From the NCBI GenBank assembly GCA_030264375.1, contig JASCQW010000190.1, forward strand, positions 50,624,361 through 50,688,360: a DNA stretch of 64,000 nt, written 5' to 3'. Of the stretch, positions 49,840 through 62,600 are shown in pieces. Numbering within the stretch: position 1 is the first letter of the stretch; each line of letters opens with the position of its first letter. Origin of the DNA: Carcharhinus longimanus (lineage: Eukaryota). The notes beneath the pieces are model-generated. The model was given only the letters and a program-made list of their open reading frames with translations, searched no databases and was not told the DNA's origin. A program made the position numbers and the translations under genes.

Positions 49840-50345
49840 TAATATGATAAGAGGTACTTCAAATGTTGAAAACTTTGAAAGGGTAGATATCAGGAAACTA
49901 TTTACTCTGGATGGTGACTGACGAACGAGGGACTGTGTTCCTCAAATTCAAGCTCAACCATTTAGCCATGAAATCAGGAAGGAATTTTCTTCACACAAAG
50001 GATGTGGAAATCTCCAAGCATTTATGGGCACAGTAAGAAGACTTACAACATCAGGTTAAAGTCCAACAGGTTTATTTGGAATCATGAGCTTTCAGAGCCT
50101 GCATCAGGTGAGTGTTGGACTTTAACCTGGTGTTGTGAGACTTCTTACACTGTCTACTCCAATCCAATACAGGCATCTCCACATCATGGCAAACATTTAC
50201 GGGTGTGCGGACAATTGGGGCTTTTAAGATTGAGATAGATTTTTGTTAAATAAGAGTTATGGAGAGGACTTGTGTAAATGGAGTTGTGAATACATCTGAA
50301 TGTAAATTAGATCAGCGATGATCTAATTGAATGACAGTGTTGGCT
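49840..50345 (+). mobile_element. CR1 3' fragment carrying a nested Penelope-like remnant
   Basis: LRANMIRGTSNV/FSHEIRKEFSSHK-like decayed ORF2 end and a GATCAGCGATGATCTAATTGAATG 3' UTR. Confidence 0.6.
50029..50189. mobile_element. Short Penelope-like remnant with inverted ends and a degenerate 14-bp TSD
   Basis: AGTAAGAAGACTTACAACATCAGGTTAAAGTCCAACA / TGTTGGACTTTAACCTGGTGTTGTGAGACTTCTTAC. Flanks CAAGCATTTATGGG (50015-50028) and CAAACATTTACGGG (50190-50203). Confidence 0.8.
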
Positions 50346-53300
50346 GTAATGTTCACACACACAAACATTTGTCGATCTTAACTGTTGTGTTGAGATATGT
50401 GTGAGACTCTCATTCACCACCGCCATGACATTACAACAATTACCGAGGTCCATACGCTTAATATATGGATAATTGGAAACATGTTCTGGTTGATCCTTTC
50501 TGATTGGGTGTTATCCAGGTCGAGGTGTTTAGCACCATTCTGCCCACTGGTGTATCCAATTCAGAGGGATTGGCTGTAATTACAGTGTGAACAGGCTATC
50601 GACCAGCATCAGGCTTGAACTCACCAGAGGCAGTGATGGATCAATTTAAAACCTTGCAACTAGTTAAAGGTAAGTGGTTGAAAATATATAGGGGTAAAAA
50701 TGTTCCTATTCTATAGAAGAGTCAAGTTCAGGCATTGACAAAGCTTTTTTCAGTAGTGCCTGACTAGCATTTGCAGAGGTTAGCCTTAACATTTGCACTG
50801 GCAACATTACAAAGAATATGACTATTCCATGGTACAAATTTTTTGAATGAAAAATATTGCGAATAATTTGATTCCACGCCCTTCACCCACCTCCAAACCC
50901 CATCCCTCCTGAAGCAATATTAATTTCTAATTGCTATTTGGAGCTGGGCATCTATGCAAGGATGAGGGAGATGCAAATTCTTGGAAATTATCCTTCAAAA
51001 AGAAAACAACATTTTGGCAAATGTCCTGGAAGTGTTACAGTTTGTCACAGAAGTGAGTTCAGAAAGTTGAGCATCCAACTCCTGAGTTCCATTGTGTGCA
51101 TCAAATGATAATTGCAAAATCTGAGGGCACCAAGGTCTCCATTATTGAGAAAGCACTGATACTGGCACTGACCATCATTCATCATCCATGTGGAATCCTA
51201 AATAACTGAAGCATTCTGTATAGCAAGATGAAACAGGGCAGTTGGAAACAAGGTGGGTAGCAACAGAGATAACAAAGATTCATTCAAGCACAACCTCAAG
51301 CTTCTGTAGCAATTGGTAAAATGGCTGACTGCACAACATGGCCATGTCAGTTCCTGGACACAGATTGTTAATCTTCTGGAGGAAACATAAACATATGAAT
51401 GGTAACAGAGATCCTCCCAACCTTAGATGGGCTGTTCGGATCTGTCTATTGAACCATTCTTATTTTAGTTTCACCAGTCAAAAATACAACAAGCAAGACT
51501 CGTGCATTCCAAGAAGTATTGTCATCTTCCGAGCAAAGAACTGTCATCAAAGGTTCATGACCAAGGGAAAAAGGGGTCTAAATTTCAGTCTAATTTTTCA
51601 GGCTGCTGTATTCCCAAGAGTAGAACTGCAGATTCAAAATAGAATGAGCCAAAGATTGTCTGCCATCCTGCACCCTGAACCAGAACCATATTAAATATAG
51701 AAGTACCTTTTCACAAATCAGTGACTGAGCCAACCATCAAAAACAGGACTGTTGCCAGAATGTTTACTGTCAGCTGGCCAGAAGCATATGAGACCATATC
51801 CCAGCCAAGTGTTAACACCTTCAAAGGTGAAGAAAATTGTTAGTGAGGAAAATAAGGTGTAAACTCTGACGCACAATATGGGAAGCTTCTTAAAGTCATG
51901 CTATAAAACCTTGCAACATAAGGACTCTGGTGCTTTTTTCTTCTGTCCTCATCTGATAGTAGCAATTGGTCACATCCTCTAATGTTTTGTCTAAGTGGCC
52001 GTTCCTCATGACCTGACCAGGGCAGTAGCTATCCTCTGGCATTTGTCTGAGTCCATCACAGCTCAGCACAATCCTGCACTTGCCTGACATCCCAATCCAG
52101 TGAGGGTCTATGAACTAATCAGGAGCATGAAGTGTTCGCCAATCTTCCCTTCCATAACTGAGCACTGGCTGTGATTGGTTTCAGCAATTCGACTGCCAAC
52201 CAAATCATAGAATGGCTACAGTGCAGAAGGCGGCCATTTGGCCCACTGTGCTCATGCTAGTTGTCTGCATGAGCAGCTTCACTGATCCCACTGCGCATTC
52301 CCATTATCCTGCAATTTCTTTCTTTTCAGATCTTTNNNNNNNNNNNNNNNNNNNNNNNNNNNNNNNNNNNNNNNNNNNNNNNNNNNNNNNNNNNNNNNNN
52401 NNNNNNNNNNNNNNNNNNNNNGGGGAAGGTCATCTGGTGCATTTATGGTTGGCACCAAAAATTGGGATTACCTGAGGCCGGGGTAACAGATACTTGCTAA
52501 AATTCAAGATGGTCATTCTATGCAAAGAATAGCCACAGCAAAATCCAACTTCAGTCATCGTCTAACACCACTCTTTTTTTATTATTAGGATTCAATATAT
52601 TCCTTTGAATCTGAGGTTCCTTAGAGACTAGTTTGTGCATTAAGCTCCTAGGCTCTCTGACAAGAAAGCCAGTAGCAACAAACTTCACGGGCATCCTTGA
52701 CTTCTAACAGGTGGATATTCTTCCATGTCACTGCCGACCAAGCTCCCCATTATACTGAAGAACAGACAGACCTCCACCTGTGGGCTTCTGAGCAACTAGG
52801 CATATCTGCTAGATGAAAGGGTACAGGCCATGTAATCACTCTGCTGTCAAGCTTCAATTATTTGATTCCTATTTCACATCAGCTTAGTCTTCTTTGAATC
52901 AGTTTCCTTCTGGGTTTCAGATTGTTGGGTATTTTTCCTTGCAAATGGCTCACAGTACATGGCAACTGAAAAAAGAGATAATCATGTGACCATTCATCAT
53001 GGCTGACATGACTGTCTCTTCCCGGCAATGGTCTGTGTGCGGGACCATTTTCATTTCTAGTCCAGCTTGCTTCCTTTTATGGTAGCTTTGAAATTATGGG
53101 CCAAAAGAAAGAGAATTGCCCTGGGAAGAGGGCAAGCTTAGTGTGATTGTTGGCCAAATATACATTACCATAGAAACATTCTGCCAAAGCATTAGCCAGT
53201 GGCACCCAGGTGAGTTGGGAATTGCTGAATTTGCTGCCAAGTTTTAAATAGTAGTCATAATTCCAATTGTGATATATTTTCAATCCATTAGGAAGATTAA

Positions 53301-53499
53301 ACATCAGTCAATTAAAAAAAAACAGGGCCCATTACTCTCAGGGCAGTTGACATTTACTTTACAGTACTTACTTCTGTCTATGTTGCTGCCTGTGGTCCTG
53401 CTGCAAAAAAAATTGCAGGTCAACTAGAGAGGCTGTGCTTGTTTTGCTTCTTGTCTGCTTTGGTTGTGTTGCCACCATAGCTTGGCACCCATTCTCCAC

Positions 53500-53661
53500 C
53501 AACATTTCTGAATAAATGTGGTTGACAATGTGATAATGACCAGATAATCTGTTTCTTTTGTGATGTCAATTTGAAGGAAAGATATTGACCAGTGCAGCGG
53601 GAATAACTCCACTGTCCTCCTTTGAAATAGTATCATAGGATCTTTTACAGCCACTTGATGT
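53500..53661 (-). mobile_element. DeuSINE-like fragment (host of the long CR1)
   Basis: ATAATGACCAGATAATCTG...GATATTGACCAG...TTTGAAATAGTATCATAGGATCTTTTACAGCCAC. Appears to resume at ~56913. Confidence 0.6.
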
Positions 53662-56600
53662 GTCAGCATGTGGAAGCTCCTGGATACCATTGTGATCCAG
53701 GGCAAACACGTCAACAGTGAGTGTTTGCCACTTAAGGAGTTTCAACTTAGAGTCATTGAGCTGGACGCTAAGCTGCAGACACTGTGACACATCAGAGAAG
53801 GGAGAGGTACCTGGATGCTTAGAACTAGGAAGCCATCATACCCCTTAGGATAAGGTCTTCTGATTTAGTCAGTGTTCANNNNNNNNNNNNNNNNNNNNNN
53901 NNNNNNNNNNNNNNNNNNNNNNNNNNNNNNNNNNNNNNNNNNNNNNNNNNNNNNNNNNNNNNNNNNNNNNNNNNNNNNGCCATCATACCCCTTAGGATAA
54001 GGTCTTCTGATTTAGTCAGTGGTCAGGGATAGGAGGGTGTGACTGAGTCAGGTGAGGGTGCCCAGATGGCAGAAGTGCAGGAGTGTCAACCTCTTAAATT
54101 GTTCAATAGGTTTGAGGTTCCCTCAGCTTGTTTGGATGACAGTGGAGGCTTCAAAACTGACCATATTGTTGTGGTACAGGGAGTAAAAAGGAACATAGTG
54201 GTGGAAGGGGACAGTATAGTGAGGGGGATCGACACTGCACTCCGCAGCAAAGAGCAAGAATCCAGATGGCTGTGTTGCTTGCCCAGTGCCAGAGTTCAGG
54301 ACATCTGCTCAGGGTTGGAGGGGAACTGGCAGTGAGAAGGGGAGGATACAGTTGTTGTGATCCAATGACATAGGTAGAACTTAGAAATAGGTTCTGCATA
54401 GAGAGTATGCGACGCTAGGCATTAAATTAAAAGCAGAACTTCACAAGTTATAATCTCTGGATTATTATCAAAGCCATGTGCAAATTAGCATAAAGTACAT
54501 AAAATTAGAGAAGTGAAAACATGGCTCTAAGACTGTGCGGGAGAAGTGAGTTCCAGTTTGTTGGGCACTAGTACCAGTACTGGGGAAGTGGAGCTACACT
54601 ATTGGGACTGTCTATACCTGAACCATGCTAGGACCAGTGTTCTTGTAAATCATTTAACTCGGGTTTTAAACTAAATGATAGGGGGACAAGGGATCAAATG
54701 TGGAAAGATGTGGTACATCAAAGAGCAGAGATGAGGGAAGAGAGGAAAATAGTAATATGGGAAATGTGGGTCTGAGAATGGCAGGAAGGGAATGAGAGAC
54801 AAAGCTCAATTCATGCACCAACAATCAAGACTAGATGTTACAAAGATAACAAAAAGACAAAACTAAAGATTCTGTATCTGTGCATGGCGTTCATAGCAAA
54901 GTAAACAAACTGAAAGCACACACTGAAGTAAATATGATTTAATAGACGTTACAGAGACCTGGAAAACAAGGATTGGGACCTGAATACTGTGGGGTATGTG
55001 ACATTCAGGAAGAAAAGGAAGCTAGATAAAGGTGGAGAGTTTGGAGGGAGATGAGGAATAGTAGAGGAAAGAAGTCACGAATAAGAGTGGTCTACAGGTC
55101 CCCTAACAGTAACCAAAATGTAAGACAGAGTATACAGGAAGAAATATTGGGAACTGGTGATAAATAGATGGCAATAATCATGGGTGATTTTAATTGACAT
55201 CTAAACTGGAAAAATCAGATTGACAGTAGTAGCCTGGATGAGGAGTTCTTAGAAGGTTTTTAAGATAGTTTCTTAGAGCAGCATGTTCTTCAACCAACCA
55301 GAGAACCAGCTATATTAGACTCGGTACTGTGTAACGTGATTAATTAATGACCTCAAAGTGGAGGCACCCCCTTCGTAGCAATGACCACAATATGCTTGAG
55401 ATTTACATCCAGTTTGAAAGGGATGGGTCTAAAACTAGTATTTTAAACTTAAATAAGGGCAACAATGTGGCATGAAAGTTGAGCTAGCTGCAGTGAACTG
55501 GGGTACTAGTCTAGAGGATAGATCAATAGAGAAGTAATGGCAATATTTAAGCGGATATCTCGGAAAACTCAGAATAAGTACATTACTGCTGTTAAGGAAA
55601 ATTCCTCAGAAGGGGACCCACCATCCATGGTTAACTGAAAAAACCATGGAATGTATCTAACCTAAACAAAGCATATAATTGTGCAAAGATGAGTGGCAGG
55701 TCAGATGATTGGTCAGAATATAAAGAATAGCAGAAAATGACTGAAAGGTTAATCGGAGGAAAGAAGTTAGAGTATGAAGGGAAGCTAGTTAGAAATGTAA
55801 AAATAGGTAGCAAGAGTTTCTACAGATACTTAATCAGGAAAAGAGTAGGTAAAATGAGTGTTGGTCCTCTAGAAAATGATAATGGGGAGTTAATAGTAAA
55901 TAATAAGGAAATAGGAGATAACATGTATATTTTGCTTCTCTCTTCACTAGCGAGGATACAAGAAACGTTCCAATAATAGCTATAAATCAGATGTGGATGG
56001 GAAAGAGGAACTTGGTGAAATTACAATCACGAGCAAAGCATTACTGAGCAAACTGATGGAGCTGTGGGCTGACAGGTCTCTGGGTCCTGATTAATTTTAT
56101 CCCAGGGTCTTAAAAGAGGTGGCTAATAAGGCAGAAAATAGGAAACATTAGGCCAGTTAGATTGACATCTGGCATGGGGAAGGTGTTAACTCCTGATCAT
56201 TAAGCAGGCTACAGCTAGGCACTTAGAAAAACTCAAAGTAATCAGGAAGAATCGGCATGGTTTTGTGAAAGGGACATCATGTTTCACCAATTTACTAGAG
56301 ATCCTTGAAGGGGTAACGTGCTGTGGATAAAGAGGAGCCCTCAGACGTGCTGCACTTGGATTTGCAGAAGACATTTGACAAGGTGTCACATCAAAGGATA
56401 TTGCAGAAAATAAAAGTTCATGGAGGAGGAAATATTAGTCTAGATTGAAGATTAACGACAGAAAATAGATTATGCACAAATAGGTCTTTCTTTGATTGGC
56501 AGAGTGGAGTCCCACAGGCATCTGTAATGGGCCCTCAACTTTCTGCAACTTCCACTTAATGAACCTTTATTAGATGTATGTGGAAAGAATGTTTCCACTT

Positions 56601-56912
56601 CTGGACAAGTCCAAAGCTAGGAGGCACTGCTTTAAAATTACGGGTTGCCCTTTCAGGAAAAGATGAGAAATTACTTTACTTGGAGAATTGTACACCTTTC
56701 AGACACTCTGCCTCCAAAGGAAGTGGAAGTAAGATCACTGAATATTTTTAAGGTAGTGGGAGATAGATTCTTTGATAGAATCAAGGTTATCGGGATTAGA
56801 TGGGAGTGTGAAATTCGAAACACAAACAGATCAGCCATAATCTTACTGAATGCCGGTGGAGCAGGCTCAAGGGGCCAAATAGCCTATTTCAGCTCCTGTT
56901 TCATATGTTTAT
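53662..56912 (+). mobile_element. Long degenerate CR1 LINE: ORF1 (SGNH/GDSL esterase), APE endonuclease, partial RT, 3' UTR
   Basis: VVEGDSIVRGID...LCCLPSARVQDI (ORF1 esterase). VTETW, IIMGDFN and SNDHN (endonuclease). RHGFVKGTSCFTNLLE and GVPQASVMGPQL (RT). Many stops and frameshifts. Confidence 0.92.
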
Positions 56913-57744
56913 AACAGACAGAAGGGACCTTGGTTTAAAGTCTCTTTACACTGGCAAAGCTTGTGACCATGGTGTCTGCCCTGGATCAGTGTGGTCCTGT
57001 TACTCAGCTGTTTGAAGCGTTCCTGTTTACACTGTCACCAAAAGACTAATTGGGTCCTCTTCCTTTCTAGCTGAACTATGATAAGTGCCCATGCTGGATG
57101 AGAATTTTCTCTGAAGGAGAAATGAAAATAGTTGTATGTGTGGACTAAGAGGCGTTATTTACACGGTACACTCCAGATGCATTGGGTTTTTAACCAGGCA
57201 CATTGTTTATACATGTTTTTCACACAATTGCCCAAATGGATCTGGCAAGCACTCAACTCCTTCCTACAGCCAGCACCCAGGTGTAGGCCAATAGAGACAT
57301 AATTGGCCAGGTGCAATGCTGCTGCACCAGTCAGCAATGAACAGCCTCCATACAAGAGCCCAGATGGCAGCCCAGAATATTGTCCTGCACTGTTTCACTT
57401 GGCTGACAATCTCGTGCTTTCTGCCAGATTTACAAAAGTGACTGATGGAGTTGTCCTTTCAGATGCCAATCTCTTTGAAAAATACGTAGAAGCAAGCCTC
57501 GAAAATTCTCTTTAAAGAGCAATCAATCTATTTCAGGGATTTTTTTTTATAAGATTTCCTATGTAAAGTAGTGCCAGACTAAGATTGTCTCAACTAATAA
57601 ATTGAGTGGCAGACTCTGCCACTGTTGCTAACGCAGCAAAATGGATCATAAATCAGTACTCCTGCTATGTTGATGCAGATAGATGATGTCTAATAGTACA
57701 ATGGCAGGTGAAGTCATGACATAAACAGGTTGCAAAACTTTTTA

Positions 57745-57936
57745 TTTCAGAAGATTTCTATTTCTCTGGTGCCATTTGGGATATCCCAAAACGTTTTTCA
57801 GCTGATGAAGTACTTTTGAAGTATAGTCAATGTTGTAGGAAATGAGACAGCCAACTTGTGCACAGCAGGGACCCACAAACAGAAATGAGATAATGACAAG
57901 GTAATCTGCTTTGGTGATATTGGTTGAGGGATAAAT
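57745..57936 (-). mobile_element. DeuSINE-like 3' half
   Basis: GATGAAGTACTTTTGAAGTATAGTCAATGTTGTAGGAAA...TTGTGCACAGCAGGGACCCACAAACAG...GGTTGAGGGATAAATA. Confidence 0.75.
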
Positions 57937-58709
57937 AAATATTTATGAATTTTTCACGCAGAGCCATGAATATGCATTCTCCAAGAGCTGAAATTCTTGC
58001 CGACTTTCGCTAATGTGTCCCTGAGTGTGCAGATAGATCCACAGTGGGAATGACAAGTCTGCCTTGTCAACTGAGTCGCCCTTAGTAATGAGGGAAGCAG
58101 CAGAGGGAGCTCCAAGTTCAGCAATGGATAACTGAGTACATTATGGACAGGGAGTGGAAAAGGGTGGTCAGAGCAAACTGAAGAAAATGCAGTGCTCACT
58201 TTCAAGTTATAAAAATGGATTATTTTGATTGCAGCCACCTTGCTTGCCACAGGGACCGAAGCAGAAATGTTCTTGCCATTTCTACTGCTCATAAACACCA
58301 GCTAATTGACCATCCTGTTCAGTGTCCAACAGAATGTGATTATTTCAGCTTTTTGGGGACCCTGGGGTTTCCAGATTGACCCTATTTCTGGAGCAAATCA
58401 TGAATTTAGTTATCTTTGAAAGATAACTGACTGAGACTGCACTGGACAAGCCAGCAATAGGAGTGCTAGGAGAGAGGGGCAACAGAGAGAAATTGCAGTG
58501 GGCCAGGCTAAACATGACTTTGGAGGGAGGGGTATGTCACAATAGTTTAAAGACTTGAAAATCTCTGGAATCCAAGGTTGAATTCATTCTTGGTCAAAGG
58601 AATGAAAGTCTCTTCTTTGGCAGCAAGAAACCATGTATTAATGCTAGCAGCTGTTGTAAATAATTATTATCTCTCCTCAGATACTGTCACCCTCCTTTTC
58701 AAATCCATC

Positions 58710-58990
58710 TGCTGCCTCACAGTGCCAGGACCTGGGTTCAATTCCAGCCTCAAGTCACTGTCTGTGTGAAGTTTGCACATTGTATCTGTGTGGGTTTCCT
58801 CTGGCTGCTCCAGTTTCCTCATTCCACAAAGATGTGGAGGTTAGGTTGATTGGCCATGTTAAATTGATCCTAGTGACAGAGGATTAGCAGGGTAAATATG
58901 TGGAGTCACGGGAATAGGGCCTGGGTGGGATTGTGGTCAGTGCAGACTCAATGGGTCGAATGGCCTGATTCTGCACTGTAGGGATTCTAT
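58710..58990 (+). mobile_element. HE1-type V-SINE (5' end slightly truncated)
   Basis: CTGCTGCCTCACAGTGCCAGG...GGGTTCAATTCC (B box), V-domain, and tail TGGGTCGAATGGCCT...CTGCACTGTAGGGATTCTAT. Confidence 0.9.
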
Positions 58991-59229
58991 ATGTCTCCTT
59001 GTAACTTCTCAAAACACCTACCCATGACCACTGCGCTCCCCCAAACTTTCAGGCTCTTTACCCATCGCCAATATTTTTTTTCCAAAAGTCCTCTAATGTG
59101 ATGTCATCGTCCATCTATGCCCATCTTTTTCACATTCCATTTTGAATCTCTCCTGAAATTTGCAAACCTGCTACAACACTGAAAGAGCCCCAATCCAAGT
59201 CACAAACAGCATCCATTGTGACTTAGATT

Positions 59230-59965
59230 GTCTTGTATCGGCCCATCTCATTCCTTTTAACTTGTTTTCTTCAGCCTCTGGCATATCTTTCTTTTCTGGC
59301 TCAGTTAAGCTGCCTCCACTCTAATGTATCAGATTGTAGTCAGACTGTCTCCAGTATTGCTTTCTTATGTTGTCCTCACACAGTGACATCTGGTATCACC
59401 CAAGAGTCTATCCTTTGTCTCATCTTTGTCTTTATCTTCATCTCCATGATGCCCTTAGTGTCATCATCCAGAGACAAGAAGCTAGGTTCCATATGAACCC
59501 TGATAACATTTAGCTTTAACTTTTTAACCCTCCCTTAATCCTACCTCTGCTCTTGATTGTTAGCCTGCTTGTCCTCGTCCCAGTCCTGGATACCATATTT
59601 AATTTCAGCTAACCATGGGGAAGCCCAAAACTGTTGTATTTAACCCCATCACAAACCTCATACCTTCTCCCCTCATCATTCCCAGCAATGATCTCTGGCT
59701 GAACCTGACACTTTGTAATCTTTGAATCCTATTTGAGCTTCTGACACCACTTCCACCTCTGTTATATTCTCCCTTCCGCATCCCAGCCTCAGTCCATTCA
59801 TTGGTCAAATTCATATTCATGCCTTTCCCACCCCAGATTTGATTATTTTGCTGCTCTACTGGTTGACCTCCTATCCTCAACAAACTTCAGCACATCCAAG
59901 ACCTATAATCTAATTCGCACCAAGTCCTGCAGTCCCAGATCCTCATTACCCCGGTGCTCATTGAT
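59230..59965 (+). mobile_element. Decayed L2 RT fragment
   Basis: TVTSGITQESILCLIF resembles VTxGVPQGSILGPLLF. Also KPKTVVF and LNKLQHIQ relics. Confidence 0.65.
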
Positions 59966-61211
59966 TTTTTTTATTCTTGGTCCTCCTTCGATTTTTTTTC
60001 CCTGATCATATTTCAGTAAACTCTTCTGAGTTGCTTCCTAGTATTAAAAGTGCTGGTTGAAATTCAAATTATTTTTATGCTAGTGGCTTTGGACTAAAAT
60101 TGCCTGCATTTAATCACATCACTGCAGGAAAATAAATGACCATAATTGAGTGTTTGTTGAAGTGGGCATGTTTGGTGGGATTGTACATCTGTCGCCTGCC
60201 TGGATTTGACCTAGACAGATGAGCGGCCATTCTACTGGGGAAAATTATTTGGCAATTCCCAGGTAACCTGTTGGGATAATTCAGAAAGTGACATTGTTGG
60301 ACTGACCATGTAGCAGGGAATTGTGTAAGGGGTAGGGCTCAACATTCCGAGCCCTCCCTGCTCTGACTGCTTGTATTTTCCTCCATTGAAATGAGGCTGG
60401 GTAATGGCTACTTTTATGATCACTTTCTGTTTGACTGCTCACGTTAATAAGCACATATCTCATGTGACCAGTCAACTACTTAGCCCATGTGTTGAATTAT
60501 TATCAAATTAGTATTTCATTTTCCCAATTATAGAATCCTGAATTATTGGTTTGTTTTGCGCTCAGCTGAGAGCCTTTTTTTCCCCCACCGGCAACATTTT
60601 CCATTCCTTTTCCATAAACTATCTTCTCCTGGCCTTTTGCTGCTAGGAGATGGGTGGTTGTCATGGCAACACAGCTTCTAAGATGCCTGGTGTCTCCTGG
60701 ATTGGTGCATCTATGCNNNNNNNNNNGCATTCAAGATTAATTTTATTGTGCTCAGATACAAAGAGGGTAGTCTGTTGTGCTGGCTAATGTTTTTATGGTT
60801 GATGGAAAGGTGCTTTGGGGGAGGGACAGGGAGGGTCAGTATCTGCAAGCAAGACTTGGCTGTGTATTTTACCTTGACTAAAGTGACATATCCAGTCGTT
60901 CCATTCAAACAGAGATCAGAGAAATGCATGTCTGCTTGTAACTCTGCAGAGTAATATCTGCGCCCTCAGCCTGTTATCCACTCGAGATATTTCTGCTCAT
61001 TTGTGACACAACAAAGAGATACCTCCAGACTAAAAGGTCTTATTAAAATAAGTTATCCTTCAGAATCATTCATCAGGTTATTCTTTTTTGCAGTAGGAGT
61101 TGAAATGATATATTTACCTCAACTCTTTATCCTGGTTCCTCACTGGCAATAAACTTAAGTAATAAATGGATCATTGCATGTTGGATACTGCAGTTGTCAC
61201 CTAAATGCTAA

Positions 61212-61780
61212 AATGTAGGAGCAAAAGTAGGCCATTTGGCCCATGGAGTCTGCTCTGCCATTCAGTGATGCTGATTTAAGTATGGCTGATTTAACGTGAT
61301 AATCCTCAACTCCATTTTCCTGCCTTATCCCCAAAATACTTGATTTCCTTACCGATTAAAGTTCTGTCTATCTCAGCCTTGAGCCTTCAGAATCTTATGT
61401 TCTTATGAACCTATTTAACAATCCAGCCTCATAGATTCATTATCCTCTGAGAGAAGAAATTCCTCCTCATCCCTGTCTTAAATGGGAAACCCCTTATTCT
61501 GGGATTAAGCCCTCTGGTCCTAGACTCTCCCACATGGGGAAATAACATCTGAGTATCTACTCTGTCAAACCCCCTGAGAATCCTATCTGTCTCAATAAGG
61601 TCACATCTTATTCTTCTGAACTCCAATAAGTACAGGCTCAACCTAGACAACCACTCATCGTAAGACAATCCCTCCAAACCAAAGATCAACCTAGTGAACC
61701 TTTGCTGGACTGTCACCGATGCCAATATATCTTTCCTTAGATAAGGAGATTGTTCACAATATTCCATGTTGGTCTAACTA
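61212..61780 (-). mobile_element. CR1 LINE 3' fragment
   Basis: MEYCEQSPYLRKDILASVTVQQRFTRLIFGLEGLSYDEWLSRLSLYLLEFRRIRCDLIET...RRNFFSQRIMNL. Confidence 0.92.
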
Positions 61781-62269
61781 ATAATGTATTTTCCAATTCT
61801 GTGTCTTGAACCGTTCACAGCTGTCGGTGCTATTAATACAGGAGGTGTTTGGAGCGCTGACCCATGTAGGGGGTGGGGTGGTTTAGCTGTTGAATTTATA
61901 GGATTGATGAAGATTTTGAGTTTTTTGGAGGACCACATATGTAATAGCCTTTCTGCCTCAGTCAGAAATAGGTTGTTTCCATGTATATCTAAATCCATTA
62001 GAACTTGCAGCTCCTGTGCATTGTGAAGTACTTTCAGTCATGCAGGTATATTTGCCAGCTCAGCCATCTCCTTTAGGTTGTGATTGTTACTTCTGTTTGG
62101 ATGCAGTGTTTTTATGTCCCAGCACTCTACTCTTACCAGCTCCATAGGACAGCCATAATACCCTCTGTGTCTCCAAAGAAAACTGTATCCAGCTCCCCTA
62201 TTCCCCACTTGGTATTCTTAGTGAAATCCTCTGGGAATTGGGAAAAATTTGCATGATTGGTATCACATG

Positions 62270-62600
62270 TCTAACAGAAAAGAAGATAGCCGTGGTTGTT
62301 GGAGATCAGTCATTGCAGTTCCAAGACATCACTGCAGACATTCCTGAGAGTGGTGTCATCTTCAGCTGATTCATCAGTGATCTTCCCTCCATCGTAAGGG
62401 CAGAAGGAGGGTGTTTGCTGATGATTGCTTGGTGCTCAGCATCATTCACAACTCTTCAGGTACAGTAGTAAACAGTGCTCTCATTACCATCACTGCATCC
62501 CCCACCATCAACATCATGGGAGATACCATTGACCAAAAACTTAACTGGACCGGCTACATAAATATAGTGGTTACAAGAACAAGATATAGTTATGTGATGA
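62270..62600 (+). mobile_element. RT fragment of a CR1/L2-group LINE
   Basis: RKKIAVVVGDQSLQFQDITADIPE...FISDLPSIVRAEGGVFADDC (FADD catalytic motif). Also GDTIDQKLNWT. Confidence 0.75.

Noticed and set aside
53832-54025. 47-bp direct repeat flanking an N gap
   Set aside because: 53832-53878 and 53979-54025 are 46/47 identical across a 100-N gap, a typical contig-overlap artefact. The same pattern appears with GCCATTCA around 1520-1619.
62135-62155. RE1-like CCAGCTCC-ATA-GGACAG (and half-sites at 14992 and 40070)
   Set aside because: Wrong spacer length or a poor second half-site.
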